From Vitrella brassicaformis CCMP3155 (lineage: Eukaryota; Protista; Chromerida), in contig CDMY01000265.1 in the NCBI GenBank assembly GCA_001179505.1, positions 1 to 64,000 of the forward strand: a stretch of 64,000 nt of DNA, given 5' to 3'. Each line of letters opens with the position of its first letter. The first letter of the stretch is position 1. Shown here piece by piece: positions 27,705 to 41,300 of this stretch. Position numbers and translations under genes: made by a program. Below the pieces are notes generated by a model. The model did no database searches and was not told the origin of the DNA. It was given only the letters and a program-made list of their open reading frames with translations.

Positions 27705-28897
27705 ATGCCTTCGTTCCTTCCCTCATCTTGTGCGCGTGTTCTTCCTTTTCACCCGCCCAGATTGCGTGCTTTCCGTCCTGCGAACGCACCACCTGGTAAC
27801 ACGAGAGAATCCTGCCACACAGACAGACAGTTTCATTCGCTCACAGACCTGCTGTACGACGGAGGTGGCCAACTGCGCGTGGATTTGAGCCCGGACGGGG
27901 AAGTGGAGACGGGCAGAATCGAGCACGGGCGGGGCTGTTCCATCGTGACGTCCGACGTCCAGAGAGCGGACGCGTTCCCGCGTGAATGGTATGACGAGCA
28001 CGGGATGCTCAGCCTGGACCGCATAAACAACTACAGATGGCCGGAGGAGGCACCGTAAGCGAACCAACAGATGAGCAGGCGTCCACGTGTGTATGCGTGT
28101 TAGTAGATTATTACATGCATTGCTGTGTCTTTTGACAGTCTGGTTGGCCACTACGGGATACTAGGCGATGGCAACTTCTCCAGTGGACAGCCATCGCAGT
28201 ACACATACCATTACCCATACGAGCCGGTGTAAGGCCAAGCGGTCATTCGCCGACAAGAAGGGCAGCTCCGGTGTCACTCTTTGTGTCTGTGGCTCACTCA
28301 GGCCTCCTGTGGCGCCGGCAACGGCTCCGGCCCTCGTGCCCTTCGTGCCCCAGCAGTAAGTAGGCTAACTGCAGGGGGCAGGCAGGTACTTGTGTGGAGG
28401 TGGGTATGTGAGCCGGTGCATATGTGTTGGTTCAGGCAGGATTTCGGTCGTTTGATCATGACCGACCCCGCACCTGCGATGGTGCACACCAGATCGTAAG
28501 CGATTCGTGTGTCTGTCTGTCTGTGTCTGTGTCTGTGAGTGTGTACGACGTATCTTGGGTGCGTGTGGGTCTGTCATTGCCCTCTCTTGGTTTGGTTTGG
28601 TGTGCTGTGTGTGTCAGAAGGATGCATCGCCCACGCACAGCGACGGCCGATGTGCTCGGCCTTCCATCCCACCATCCCATGGCGGCTGCGGGCAACATCC
28701 CCCCAGCCGTTCCCGCTGCTGCTGCTGCTACTGCTGCTGCCGCTGCTGGCCCGCCCCCGACATACCCATATTCACCCCCACCAGCCATGCCCTACCAGCC
28801 CGCACCGGCCGACCCAGCCCCACCCCCACCCCCACCAGGCTCCTCACGGGGGTCGATACTTCTGTCGCTCCGGCAGCAGCGCACGGGGCAGCGATAG
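27705..28897 (+). CDS. Hypothetical multi-exon protein, Pro/Ala-rich C-terminus
   Basis: Exon 27705-27795 (MPSFLPSSCARV...), intron gtaac...cacag, then exon DLLYDGGGQLRVDLSPDG...RWPEEAP. Further GT-AG pairs lead to the PPPTYPYSPPP-rich frame ending at 28897. Structure downstream of 28058 is tentative. Confidence 0.4.
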
Positions 28898-30088
28898 CTC
28901 CACCAACCGGCGACCAAGACGTCAAGAGCCGGCGGTGCAGTGGGGTGCGGTGCGGTGGGGTAGGTGTAGATACCGTGAGCATGATGATTGCATCGCAGAC
29001 AGAGAGAGAGTTGGTCTATCGCGATAGACAGCAGACAGACAGACAGCAGACAGACAGAGGTGTATGTGGTGGATGGATAGAGAGGGAGAGAGAGAGGTGA
29101 GGTTCGGGTGCGATCTGGCTGGCTGGCTGGCTGGCTGAATGGGTGGATGGATGGGCGAGAGGGGAGATCGATCCATCCAACCGCCGGGCTCCCTGGCTGT
29201 ATTACTGCCTGTTGTTTCAGACATGATGGATGGATGGATAGAAGATGGGATGCTTAGGCGGGCTGCAAGCTTATAGGGATGGTGTGGCTGTGCTCGCACT
29301 TCGTCTCTCTCTCTCTCTCTCTCTTATGAATTGCTCCTTTGCTGCTTCCGTAATTCTCTCTCTCGCCTCTTGACTGTCTGTCTGTCTGTGTAGGTATGCA
29401 TTGCTCGACGGCGTGGTATCTGCCGTGCCGTCCCCGTGTGGCTCTCACTTAGTCACTTGCGTGTGTATCGCTGTCAATTGATGGACAAACGTGTGTGTGT
29501 GGTGGACTGTATGGCGTACAGCAGCTGATGGCCTGCCTGACTGCCTGTGTGCATATTGTGGACGATGGACGCAGGATGGCTGTGCGTGTGTGTGTGTGGA
29601 TGAGGACCACCACCACTCCATTCAATGTCTTCACCTAACAAAAGGCAACGGGTTCTTTCCACCCAAAAATTAATTATACAGAGATTCTGTCTTTCTGTTT
29701 TCTTCCATCCTCTCACACAAAGAGGGGCCCAACGACCAAGAAATCCCGTTTCTGGCTGGCTGGCTGGCTGGCTGGCTGTATACTAGCCCAGAGGACAGAA
29801 ACAACAGCGTGAGCCCTCATCCACTCAGACTTACTTTTCCCGATCGATTAGCCACTTCGTAGCAAACCAGGTCCCCCAATCAGTCACCACTCAGTGTGTA
29901 TATGAGAAAAAGATGCCCACGCCCTGACATGGGCTACCTAGGAGCCCAGCCCGCCGGCAGTCAGTCAGTCACCCAATGAGTGACAAATCCCTTCCCTTCC
30001 ATCCCACCCCAGCACAGCACAGACAGTGAGTGAGGTCCGTCGAGTGACCTAGCGATGGTGTGCACACACAGCACAGGGGCGCAGGCAT

Positions 30089-30120
<32 letters not shown>

Positions 30121-30177
30121 TAAGCAGACAGGGAAGGAAGCCGAGGCAGGCAGGCAGGCAGGCAAGCCATGTGCAAG

Positions 30178-30735
30178 GTGAATCATTGCACAAATGCCAC
30201 ATGACCCTCTTACGTGACGCAGCATATTCGAAGTCACCTCAAACGAAAAGACCTACAGCCTATCTGCGCTGAGCTTCCGCACATATATGCGTCGGCTTGC
30301 TTCCCTCTCTGCGTGTATGTCTGTCCGTCTTGTCTGATACCTGCAACCCAACCCTGTGCTGTGTGTGCGTGCATGAATCAATAAGAAAAGGATGCCGGAA
30401 TGTGCGTCCCTCGACCAGGCTGACGCCCACATACACACAAGCCGGGCGAAACTCAGAAATGGGTGCCCCCTCCCTTCTCGCACGTTTCCCTGACGGTAAT
30501 CTGGCTGCCTTTCTCTCTCTATCGACTGCCTCTCTGTCTTTGCATTCCCTCGCGCACCCACTGCTTGCACCAGCCAGCACAGCAGACACACACGCCGTCC
30601 CATGGCATGCACTGGAGTGAATCATTCACTGTTCAGCAGCAAACGACGTACGTAAACAGTGCACAAATGCGAAACAGCCTATTGAAACGCACCTCAAACG
30701 AAAAGACAAATGGCCTATCTGCACTGAGCTCTCGC
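30178..30735. repeat. Two copies (30178-30280, 30617-30735) of a ~100-120-bp non-coding element; a third copy is at 32964-33058
   Basis: Shared GTGAATCAT...GCACAAATGC...TATT...CAAACGAAAAGAC segments. Confidence 0.8.
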
Positions 30736-30746
30736 GCGGGCGGCGG

Positions 30747-32439
30747 TCAAACCGTGCGAAATCGACGGTCACACCGTTGGTCTCTGACCTTTGAGTATGA
30801 TGTTCTTGTTCTGGGCCTTCTTCCCACCGGACGGACAACTATGTCAGGTGCGGGGGGCGTCGCGTCGTCTTGACCATGCCTGCACACACACACACACACA
30901 GACATGGACAACCACGCATGTGAATGAACTGTCTGCCCAGCCCAGCAATTGTCTGTCTCTGCTGTGTGATGTCTGCAAATATGTATGTGTGTGTGTGTGT
31001 GTGGCACGCACCAAAATGGGTGTGCGAGCACATCCGCGGTCGAAGGGCGCATCGCGGGGTCACCAGCCGTCATGCTGTCGATCAGCTCCATCACATCAGC
31101 CGACAGATCCCGCCGCCACGGCCCCGAGAAGAGCGGCCGCACGTACGTTTGCATGAGGCGACGGGTGGCGGGGTCATGCCCGAGCTCCAGTAGCATCCGC
31201 AACATCTGGCCCAGTGAGTACACGGTGGCCTTCTCTGGATCGAACACCGTATTGGGCGTGTTCGCCTACAGTGCATGCAATGCAACACACACACACACGC
31301 ATACAGATGAAGGACGTCTCCCCAGGGCCCTCTGCATGTGTGCCAAATACCTCTCGTGACATGTAGAATGGCACTCCGGTCGGATTCGGCCCGCTTCTGA
31401 CCAGACGCTGATGGGACAGAGCACACAGAGACAATGGTCTCAACCCTCGTCATGCATCTGCATGAGTGGGTGCGGTGCTTTGCTCGGAGAGAGCATATTT
31501 GGACAGACAGACAGACACTCCATCAACTTACCTTTTGTGGGGTGAAGAACTGCACCAGTTCGAAGTCGACCAGCTTTGGGCAGCCGTGCGCATCAAACAC
31601 TATGTTGGCGGGCTGCTGGTCTCTGAAGGAACCAATCAGACACACATACACAAACACACACTTTACACATGACCCCTCCCTCCATCCACACACAAACGCG
31701 TTCGTCTGTCTGTCTGCTGCCTGGCGTGCCCTGGTCTGGTTGATTCAAATCCCTACCCGTGGTACAGTCCCTTGGCGAGTAGTTGGGCGTAGGTCTCAAC
31801 AACGGGCCGCATCCATTGGCGCGCCTCCCACTCGTACACCGCCGACCTGCCGAACTCGTCCAGACACATGCGCTCCGTCAAGCTGCCACCGGGCAGCAAC
31901 TCGAACTCCAAATGGCTTGTTTGACCCATGTGGTATGCCTGAAATGGACATAACCATCCACATGACATGGACACGCACCATACCGTCCCGTATGCATTGC
32001 CTTTCTTTTCACTCATGCTCACACCCACGGGACGTACCCTTTTGAGCTTGGCCACGCCCTTGATGTCGCTTGCGGCCTCGAGGGCCCGAATCTCGCGCTG
32101 GACGTACGGCATCCAGTCGCTGCCGTCGCCGCCCACCTCGACCCGGTTGCGATTGGCCCTCGTGTGGACGGCCACGATCTCTCCCGTGTCCTTGAGGCGG
32201 GCCTTGCTGCACACCGAGGTGAAGGCGCTGCCCGGCTTGATGATGCTGAGGAACTCCAAATGGTCGTCTGGGAAGGCACCGATGTCGTTGCTGAGCCAGG
32301 AGAGGTCATATTGGTCAATGGCGTCCGCGGGGCGGTCTGATGGCAGCGGCACGCGAGAGCAACAATGACGGAACCAGGCAGAGGGGCGCGAATACAGCCA
32401 ACGGAGGGTACGATGGACGCACTGGGGGATGCACGGCAT
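30747..32439 (-). CDS. Atypical protein kinase / probable pseudokinase, tandem copy A
   Basis: KARLKDTGEIVAVH, REIRAL, LEFELLPGGSL, YHG|DQQPANIVFD..KLVDFE, KATVYSLG, DPAMRPSTADVLAHPFW. Confidence 0.8.
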
Positions 32440-33310
32440 CTTCAGGGGATGGGGTCAGGGATATGAGGGGATGAGAGAAAGAGAGCGGAATGCGACAAAG
32501 GGATGAATTGGCACGCAGCCCTCATACCGAAAGAGCTTCAGACACGGCCAAATCTGCGAATCTGAAGCCCGAGATCTGGAGCACAATTGCGAGCTTTCGT
32601 GTCGTCATGGCACTGCCTTTTTGACGGTGGATGGTGAATCAGACACTACAGGAGACACTCAGACTCACTGCGAAGGGCCTCGCAGCCACGTCCGCAGACG
32701 GATCGAATGAGTGAGTGAATGGACGGATGTTTTTTCGTCGTTCAGGGTCGTTTTGAGCAGGGAAAAAAGAGTCAATGTGATGGAGGGTGGCTCTGGCGAG
32801 TCGTTTACGGCGAGAGACCCCGCAGAAAACTCGCTTGTGCGTATGTATAAACCAATCAAACGTCTGAAGCAATCAGCCCTGTACTGATTGCTTGAAGCGA
32901 TTTGAAGCGCGAATCTCGTACCATGTCCGTCCAAGCGGTCCTATCACATCACATCCCCTGCAGGTGAATCATGGTTCAGCAGCAAACTACGTAAAAAATG
33001 CACAAATGCCAAACAGCCTATTCGAGCGGAAACCAAACGAAAAGACACAGCCAAACTGTATGTAAAATGGGCCGGGTCGGGTTGGTCATCCTTCCATCCT
33101 TCCTTCCCCCTTGCTTGCTTCCTTCCTGGGCGAGGCGTCTGACTGACGGATATCCGCCTGTCTTTCGCTCTCTATCGAACGATATATCCATGCATGCACC
33201 AGCCAGCCAGTACACAAGATGCACACACAGCCCGAGACACCACCCAAGGGTAGCGAGACACGCAGCGACAAGGCGGGCGATGCATACATACATGAGAAGT
33301 CCCACGCCCG

Positions 33311-33619
33311 CTACCCCCACACCGTGACGGCTGTCGGGTATTGCAGGTGGTGTGGGTGGTGTGCTGAGGGTGGTGGTCCGCTGACCCAGTGGCCGTAGGT
33401 ATGGTTGTGTGTGTAGGGCTGCCTGAGAGTCATGTTTGGAGGAAGGACCGGGCTGGGGACCGGGGGGAAGGCCGTCATTGGCGGGGCAGCTGGTGCGGTG
33501 GGCCAAGTCGGGTTCCTTACAGAACCGACGGCCGTCGCTGCCGGCTGACTGCGCTGATTGACGTGTGGCTGCACTTCAGGGGATGTCACAGGGGATGTCA
33601 CGCCGCCTTGGCCAAACCT

Positions 33620-33650
<31 letters not shown>

Positions 33651-35122
33651 CATTGTCCGCCCAGCCCATCCATCGTCTGTCTGTGTGTCTGTCTGTCTGT
33701 CTGTCTGTCTGTATTGTTGTCTGTTCATGTATGTGCGTATAGCACTCACCAAAATGGGTGTGCGAGCACTTGCACGATCGAAGGGCGCATCGCGGGGTCA
33801 TCAGCCGTCATGCTGTCGATCAGCTCCATCACATCGGCCGACAAGTTCATCCGCCAGAAGGGCGTCCGCACGTACGGTCGCATGACGTCACGGGTGGCGG
33901 GGTCATGCCCGAACTCCAGCAGCATGCGCAACATCTGGCCCAGTGAGTACACGGTGGCCTTGTGTGGATCGAAGAACGTATGCGGACTGGCTGCCTGCAT
34001 TGCAATACAAGTGGATAGGGAGAGATACAGACAGATGAATGACGTCTGTCCAGTCCTTCATGTCCGTGTGCGCCTGTGACATACTATGTACGCAGGTAGG
34101 CATACATACGTACTTCCGGTGACATGTAGAACTCAACTCCGTGTGGATCCAGCCCGCTTCCGACCAGCCGCTGGGACGGATCACGCAGAGAGAGACCATT
34201 TGTGGCCGGCGTGAAGAACTGCACCAATTCAAAGTCGACCAGCTTTGGGCAGCCGTCCGCATCAAAGACTATGTTGTCGAGGTGCTGGTCTCTGAAGGAA
34301 TCAAGTACACGCACACACATCATATTTATCTAACCCATGCTTCCTCCGTCCACCCGCACACACATCTGTCTGTCTGTCTGTCTGCTGCCTGGCGTGGGCT
34401 GGTCTCTCGTTGATTGATTCAAATCCCTACCCTTGGTACAGTCCCTTGGCGAGTAGTTGGGCGTAGGTCTCAACAACGGGCCGCATCCATTGGCGCGCCT
34501 CCCACTCGTACACCGCCGACCTGCCGAACTCGTCCAGGTACTCGCCGGTCCTCAGGCGCTCCATCAAGCTGCCACCGGGCAGCAACTCAAACTCCAAGTG
34601 GCTGTTTTTGTCCATGTGGTAGGCCTGAAATGCACATAACCATCCACATGACATGGACACGCACCATACCGTCCCGTATGCATTGCCTTTCTTTTCACTC
34701 ATGCTCTCACCCACGGCACGTACCCTCTTGAGCTTGACCACGCCCTTGATGTCGCTTGCGGCCTCGAGGGCCCGAATCTCGCGCTGGACGTACGGCATCC
34801 AGTCGCTGCCGTCGCCGCCAAACTCCTCCCAGTCGCAATTGGCCCTCGTCCGGACGGCCACGATCTCTCCCGTGTCCTTGTTGCGGGCCTTGCTGCACAA
34901 CGCGTTGGCGCCATTGTTGATGACGCTGAGGAACTCCAAATGATCGTCTGGGAAGTCACCGATGTCGTCGTTGAACCAGGAGAGGTCATACTGGTCGATG
35001 GCGTCCGGGCTCCTTGATGGAGGCGGCACGCGAGAGCAGCAATGACGGAACCGGGGGGACGGGCGCGAATACAGCCAACGAAGGGTGCTTTGGACGCATT
35101 GGCCCATGCACGCCATCGTCAA
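33311..35122 (-). CDS. Atypical protein kinase / probable pseudokinase, tandem copy B
   Basis: Paralogue of copy A with matching intron positions: GEIVAVR, YQG|DQHLDNIVFD..KLVDFE, FYMSPE, KATVYSLG, RPSIVQVLAHPFW. Distinct Pro-rich last exon. Confidence 0.8.
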
Positions 35123-35398
35123 GGGATGGGGTCAACGGGAGATGAGGGGAAGAGATAATCAAAGCAGAATTTGACGAGGGATGAATTGGCACGCAGGCCT
35201 CAGAAGACAAGAGCCGCCAGCGGGACTCTGGAAGATCTGCTCGAAGCCTGAAATCTTGCGAGCTCACAACTGCGAGCTTTTTGCAGATCTGGTCATGTCC
35301 CTCCGATTTGAATAGAAGCGTCTGGCGACGATCACGCCGCAGGTTATTGACGAATCCGTGACCTGTAGTCATCTCTGATCCCGGTTGTCGGCCAATCG

Positions 35399-38300
35399 AT
35401 GGAGTCAGACGCCCAGGTGAAATGTCTGGCGGGCGACGACTCATCCGACCGCTTCCGCTTCCTCTCCTTCGCTGAGCGCATCGCCCGCATCGACGTCAAC
35501 GTCATCCACAGATCGGAGGGAGAGGCCATCTATCGTCCTCCAGTGGCCGACACACAACAGCAAGATGGCGAGGGCGAGAGCGGCCTCACGATGGACGCCG
35601 CCATGCGGTCGACCCACTTCAGCGCGGCGCTGCAGCACTTCCGCTCAATCAACCGGTCGCTTGACTTTTCGGAGGTGGCCGTGGCGCTGTGGCCCTACGC
35701 GCAGTCGATGCCTTTGGTGGTATTCCACCTGGGCAAGATCGTCGATGTGCTGCTCGAGGGGGTGCGGACGAGCGCCATTGCGGCGCTGGAGCCAATCATG
35801 AGTCTGCTGGGCATACTCGTCAGGGTAAACAAGATGCAGCTCTACGTGTCAGCCATGCCAGCCAGGCATGGCAGACACCCATCCATCTCTCTCTCCCTCT
35901 CTCTCTGTGTGTGTGTGTGTGTGTTGTGTGTCAGGATGTGCGTGCGGATTTTGAGGCGTACGTGCCGGTTGTGCTGTCGGGTGTGGTGGAGAGGGTCGAG
36001 AGGCAGCCCCGCGAGCCGGCCGTCATCGAACCCGCATTCACCTGCCTCGCCTACGTCTTCAGGTACACACACACACATACACATACACACAAGGCATCCG
36101 TGCGCACCGTGTACCCTTGTTTCCGTGGCCCACTCAGGTTTCTGTCCAAATCCATCTTGGCTGACCTCTGTGGCTATCTGTCGTCCTACGGCCGCCTCCT
36201 GCGGCAGCCCTACCCATTTGTCCGCTACTTCGCCGCAGAGAGCCTCGCCTTCGTCTTTCGCAAGCTGACGCCGCCTAAATGGCCGAAAGCGCTGAGGGCG
36301 CTGCTGGAGACACTCGACAATGGCCACAGGTGGACCGCAAAGCACAAAGGCTGGCCGACAACACGGGTATCTTCCACTTAATGGTTGTGTGTGTGGGTCT
36401 CGGTTTGTCTGTGTGTGTGTGTGTGTCAGCCTGTCAGCTGCGGAGCTGTCCTACCAGGCTGACGCCATCAGCGTGATCCTGTTCGAGTCGCTCAAGGGCA
36501 TCCAGCACACATTCACCTCCAAGCTGCCGGCTGTCATCGACGCACTCCTGCGCATGCTGGAGACCCACTATGCTACCAATGGCGGGCAGGTCGGGGATGA
36601 GAGCCATGGCGGGCAGAGGTGGCTTGAGATGGCTGTGAGGGGCGCGCTGGTCCGCATGAGGCTGCACACGGAGACTGTCGATGGTGAGGGCTCGGCGGAG
36701 ATACTCGCGGTGGTTCGGAAGACGATCCAGCGGCTGCAGGTGAGAGGCAAGGAACGCAGGCATACCATACATCTGTGTGCTGTGGCTCGCTTACGCGTCT
36801 CTCTCTCGTCTCATTTCTCAGAGTGAGCTGCAGGCCGACAACAAGGCCGCCACGATGTGCAATGGGAATGGGCCGGAGCATGATCACCATGAGATGGGTG
36901 GTGAGTCGTTTGAGGCCCTCCTGATGAACCAAGAAGATGATGAGGCCATGCACGACGACCAACAAGACAACAAGCAAGACACCAGCCCGCTGGGCCGCGC
37001 CTCCCTGCTCACCTTCCTCATCGAGTGCACCGTCGGCTGGGTGTGGTGGAAACCACGGCTCAAGGGGACCTTTGACGCATACGTCAGCGACACCCTCCCC
37101 CTGCTCTTCACGAGCGCGTCCATCGCCCCCTCGCTCCCAACGCCATGCGACCAACACGTCTGGTACGCGGCCCACAAGGCGGCCTGCTGCCTGTGGATGG
37201 CCCTGCCGACCAGTGTGGCGCAGTACCAGCACGTACCGCAGCGAGAGATCCTGTGCCAGCTGCTGGCCATCTTCCGGGATGCTGTCAAGACGCCACGGCA
37301 CCGACAGCTGATGGATTGCGGTCCTCTGGCGGTGGACAGGCTGATCACGCCATCGCCCGTCGACTCTTTCCCCGTGACTGGCCTGCCGCACGCCATCCCC
37401 TTGTTGCTGCTGCACGCGCCGTCAGCATGCTCGTCGCTGCTGCTGTCGTCTCTGGTGGCCGCATACGGACAGAATGCCCTCGTGCACCTGTCTGCTGCGG
37501 CGTGGAGAGACCTCTCTCTTTCTGTCATCGGTCTGCTTGGCGGGGGAGAGGTAGAGGGAAATGACGATCGGGAGAGGTGGGCGTGTCTGCGGCTGGTGAG
37601 GGAGGTGACGATGGGGGCGGTCAGGCAGCAGGGACAGGCCGAGTACCTGCTGGCTGCCCACACAGACGACGGTGACTGTGCACTCGCGCAGTTCGCAAGG
37701 TGAGAGGAGCAAGGGCACATTTCGTCAACCCACGTCAGGATACGGCATATGTGCATGTGGACATGATGCATGCAGACACGTGGCGGGCATCTACCAGTCC
37801 TCCGCTACCAGTGACGCCCCCCCATCCACCCTACACCTGCTCCTGACAGCGGTGCCCTCCCTCCTGGCCCACCTGCTCACCCTGCCGTCGATCCACCCAT
37901 CGGTGGCTGACGCATTGAGGGCCGTGAAGGTTCATGACTTGCCAGACGAGCTGAAGGCGTATGTGGGTGACGATAAGAGAGGCGCAGTGGAGTGGTGGAC
38001 GGCCGTCGTCGTGGCAACGTGGCTGAGGCGACAAGACGAGCCAATGTTGCTGCAGCTGATGGTCGAGTGCTTCCAAATGGTAAATTAAAGGAAAAGATGC
38101 CGACACGGTCAGGTGGCAGCCAGCAGAATGGCGTGTTCCTTATTTCCCATTCAGGTGCAGCAGCATCGACCCCACTCCCCGCTCCTCGCCGACCCGGCTG
38201 TGCTGTCCCTCATCGCCGCGCCCATCATCCGACAGACCAAAAGCCCCAGCAGCCACGTCCGGCTGCTGTCCCTGCAGCTGCTCAAGTGCCTTCCATCCGC

Positions 38301-41300
38301 AGTACTTGTCTGGCAAGTCGACGTGATGGTGACGACAGCACCGGACGAGGGGCCGCCCAGTGTGGAGCGGGATCCGATGGGCTGTGTGGATGTGCGCGTG
38401 AGGCACGGCGGTGGCGGTGAGGCAAATGAGACAACGGTGGCTGTTGCGGAGGCGATTCTGGGTGAGCTGTGAGTGCGAGAAGGATGGCATGGGCAGAGAT
38501 ACTCACTGGATGGGACATTGAATGGGGATTGCGTGCGTGACAGGGCATTTGGTATCTCTCGAGAGCACGCCCAACACTATCGGCCACGAGCGCACCAAGA
38601 CCTCCCTCATCACCAAGACAGCAGACGCCCTCCTGAGGCTGCCCCCCTCCCCCTCCCCCTCCCCAGCCGCCCCATCCACGACCACTCTCATACACACAGC
38701 CGCCTTCCACGCCATCCTCTCGCAGTACACCGTCAAGTTCACCACACTCTTCCCCCCAACACTTGAGGCGCTCCGGGCCATCCATCCGATGATCCACAAA
38801 GACTACTTCTGGCGCGCTGTGGCTTCAGAAATCCTCAGGGCCACCAATCACATGCACATGGGGGAGGGTGAGACGGCCGACAGAGTGTTTGTGTCGGGGA
38901 GGAAAAAACGCGCCATCACCGCGCAGAGTGCGCGGATGATGGCCGCGGGCAGGATGGCTGCTGGCGGTGCTGGCGGGGGTGGGGCTGGAGGGAAGGATGA
39001 AGCTGATGGGGGGCAGGTGGCGAGCAGCAGCTGGAGGGACGTCACTGGCGCGCCTGACTTTGAGGCCAATGGCGTGGAGGGAGTGGTGGAACGAATGTGG
39101 AGGTGCGTACACAGACACAACAAAGATGAAGGAGATGAGGACACACAACACACAAGCAAAATCCTGTGTGTGTGTTTTCCCCTTTGCAGTTCTGAGCTGG
39201 ATCGGTTTGCCTTCAGCGAGACCGCCCCCTCCCTCCGACACAGATGGCTGTGGAAGACAATCGAGACACTCGCACCCCGCCTGGCATCATCCAACACCCC
39301 CCAAGCCGACGCAGTCGTGCAGTGGGCTGTCCAGTGGGCCGTCCATCTCTCCGCCCTCCTCACAGAAACCGATCCGGACGACACAGCCGTGGCTGCTGGT
39401 GGTCTGTCGTCGCGTGTGGGGCTGAAGGGCCGCGTGTGTGAGTGTCTGAAGGCCGTGTGTGCGATGGGCAAGCCGGCTGTGGGAGGGGGGAGTGAGTCGG
39501 CTGAGCGGCTGGTGGGTCTGTGTGCCCATCGGCTGGTGGGTGTGAGGGACGCTGAGATGCAGAAGCTGGCACTGCAGCTGCTGAAGGGCTCCCAGCGACT
39601 TGGGGCAGTGGTTGGGAAGTACTACACCTCGCTGACCCAGCTAAGCGACGACAAGGCATTCAGGGACGCTCTGCTGAAGGTGTCGCTCGAGCAGCAACAA
39701 CAACACCAACACACAGACGACGGCGACCGAGACGAGGGCGAGAGCGATGATGGAAAGGTGCGTGTGTTGGCTGCGGACCGGCCGGCGGTGATCCCGATCA
39801 TGATTCGCATCTTGTTGGCCAAGCTGCCTAAGAGAGGGTACGTGGGAACAGCCATCCAAGAATGAGTGTGTCGACACGTGGTGTATGGTATGGGGCGTGT
39901 GTTGTCTGTGTTTCAGTGGTGGCGGCCAGCCGTCCTTAGCAGCCCGCCGTGCGTCGGTCTTCAGTTTCTTCTCCCACCTGCCCACAGAGGAGATAGCTTC
40001 CCTGCTGACGGTCCTGATGCTGCCTATCTTCACCATCAAAACATCAGCGCAGCACAAGTAAGTACCTACCTACAGAGAGACAGACAGCTCGATGTGTCTG
40101 TGGTGTGGTGTGCTCGTACGTGTCAGTTCCGAAAGCGACACCGAATTCACGAAGGAGCGTCTGCTGCACTCGTTCTTCACTCAGCTGGCCTCGGCTGACC
40201 CCTCCTCTCCCACCAGTGCTCTCGCGCCCTTCCCCCTCCCGCCCTCGTTCCCCCTAACACCCACACAGCACCGCGCGGAGCTGCTCGTCGACGGCCAGCA
40301 CCGGTTGAAGCCCACCGCGCGCATCCTGGGCTTCCTGCACACCCTCAGCGATGTCATCGGCCAGCTGGAGATGCGGCTCGTCCCGTATGTGGAGTTCCTC
40401 ATGCATCTGCTCGTGGCCATTCTTCGCTCATACGTCCATCAAGATCAGCAGCAAGGGGGTGACGGTGAGGGTGAGGGAGACGCCATGGCCGACGACGGAG
40501 AGCGTGAAGAGACCCGCGATGAGGATGATGCAGAGCATCGAGTGGGAAGGAGGTCGTCAGCGGTGCGTCAGGTGGTGCGGCAGTGTCTGTGTCGGATGCA
40601 CGAGCTGGTGCGGCGGCTGCCGGGGCACTCGGCGTGGCCTAGATGTCTGAAGGAGGGCCAGGGGGCCTTCAGGGCACTGCTCAAGGCCGTGGTCCCTGCT
40701 GCAGGTCAGTGGTCTCAGAGACCACCAGTGAGTGCCACATATAGCCCCCACTCACCTCACCCATCCCCTTCTTCTCTGTGCTGTGTGCATCCATCAGGTT
40801 CGTTGAAGTCCTCTGCGATTGTGGACTTGGTGTGCAGCTGGTCGCACCAGGAGCCCCTGTTCTGTCTGTACGAGGCCGTGCTGCCGGACGCCCTGCCGCT
40901 GCTCTTTAGCACCCTGGCGGCGGGCAGCGTGGAGGCGAGAATGCGGAAGGACAAAATCACGCCGCAAGTGGTGGACCAAATTATCAAGGTACTTAAGGAA
41001 AGGTTTAGGTGTGAATGTGGCCGTGGGTGTCTGTAGCCAGCTACGTGACATAAATCCTCCGTGTGCGTGTGATTATGTGTGTGTGTGTATGTGTGTGTGT
41101 GCGTGTGCCTGCAGGTGGCCCTTCGGCTGTGCAAGGGTGGTGTGCTGGACTCGCGCAAGGCCAGGAGGGAGGCGCACCGCATGGTCGAGGCAAAGCGGAA
41201 CAAACGACGCAGGAAGAAATGGAAAGTAAGCGAGCGACAGAGACAGAGAGACCTCACCACCACCACCCACACCGTCTTTCATCCCTCAGGAGGGCGGCGA

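Noticed and set aside
28900-30170. Short ORFs in the intergenic region
   Set aside because: Dominated by simple repeats, with no consistent exon chain.
30747-35122. FIKK kinase assignment
   Set aside because: No FIKK motif or HLDLTPEN-type catalytic loop.
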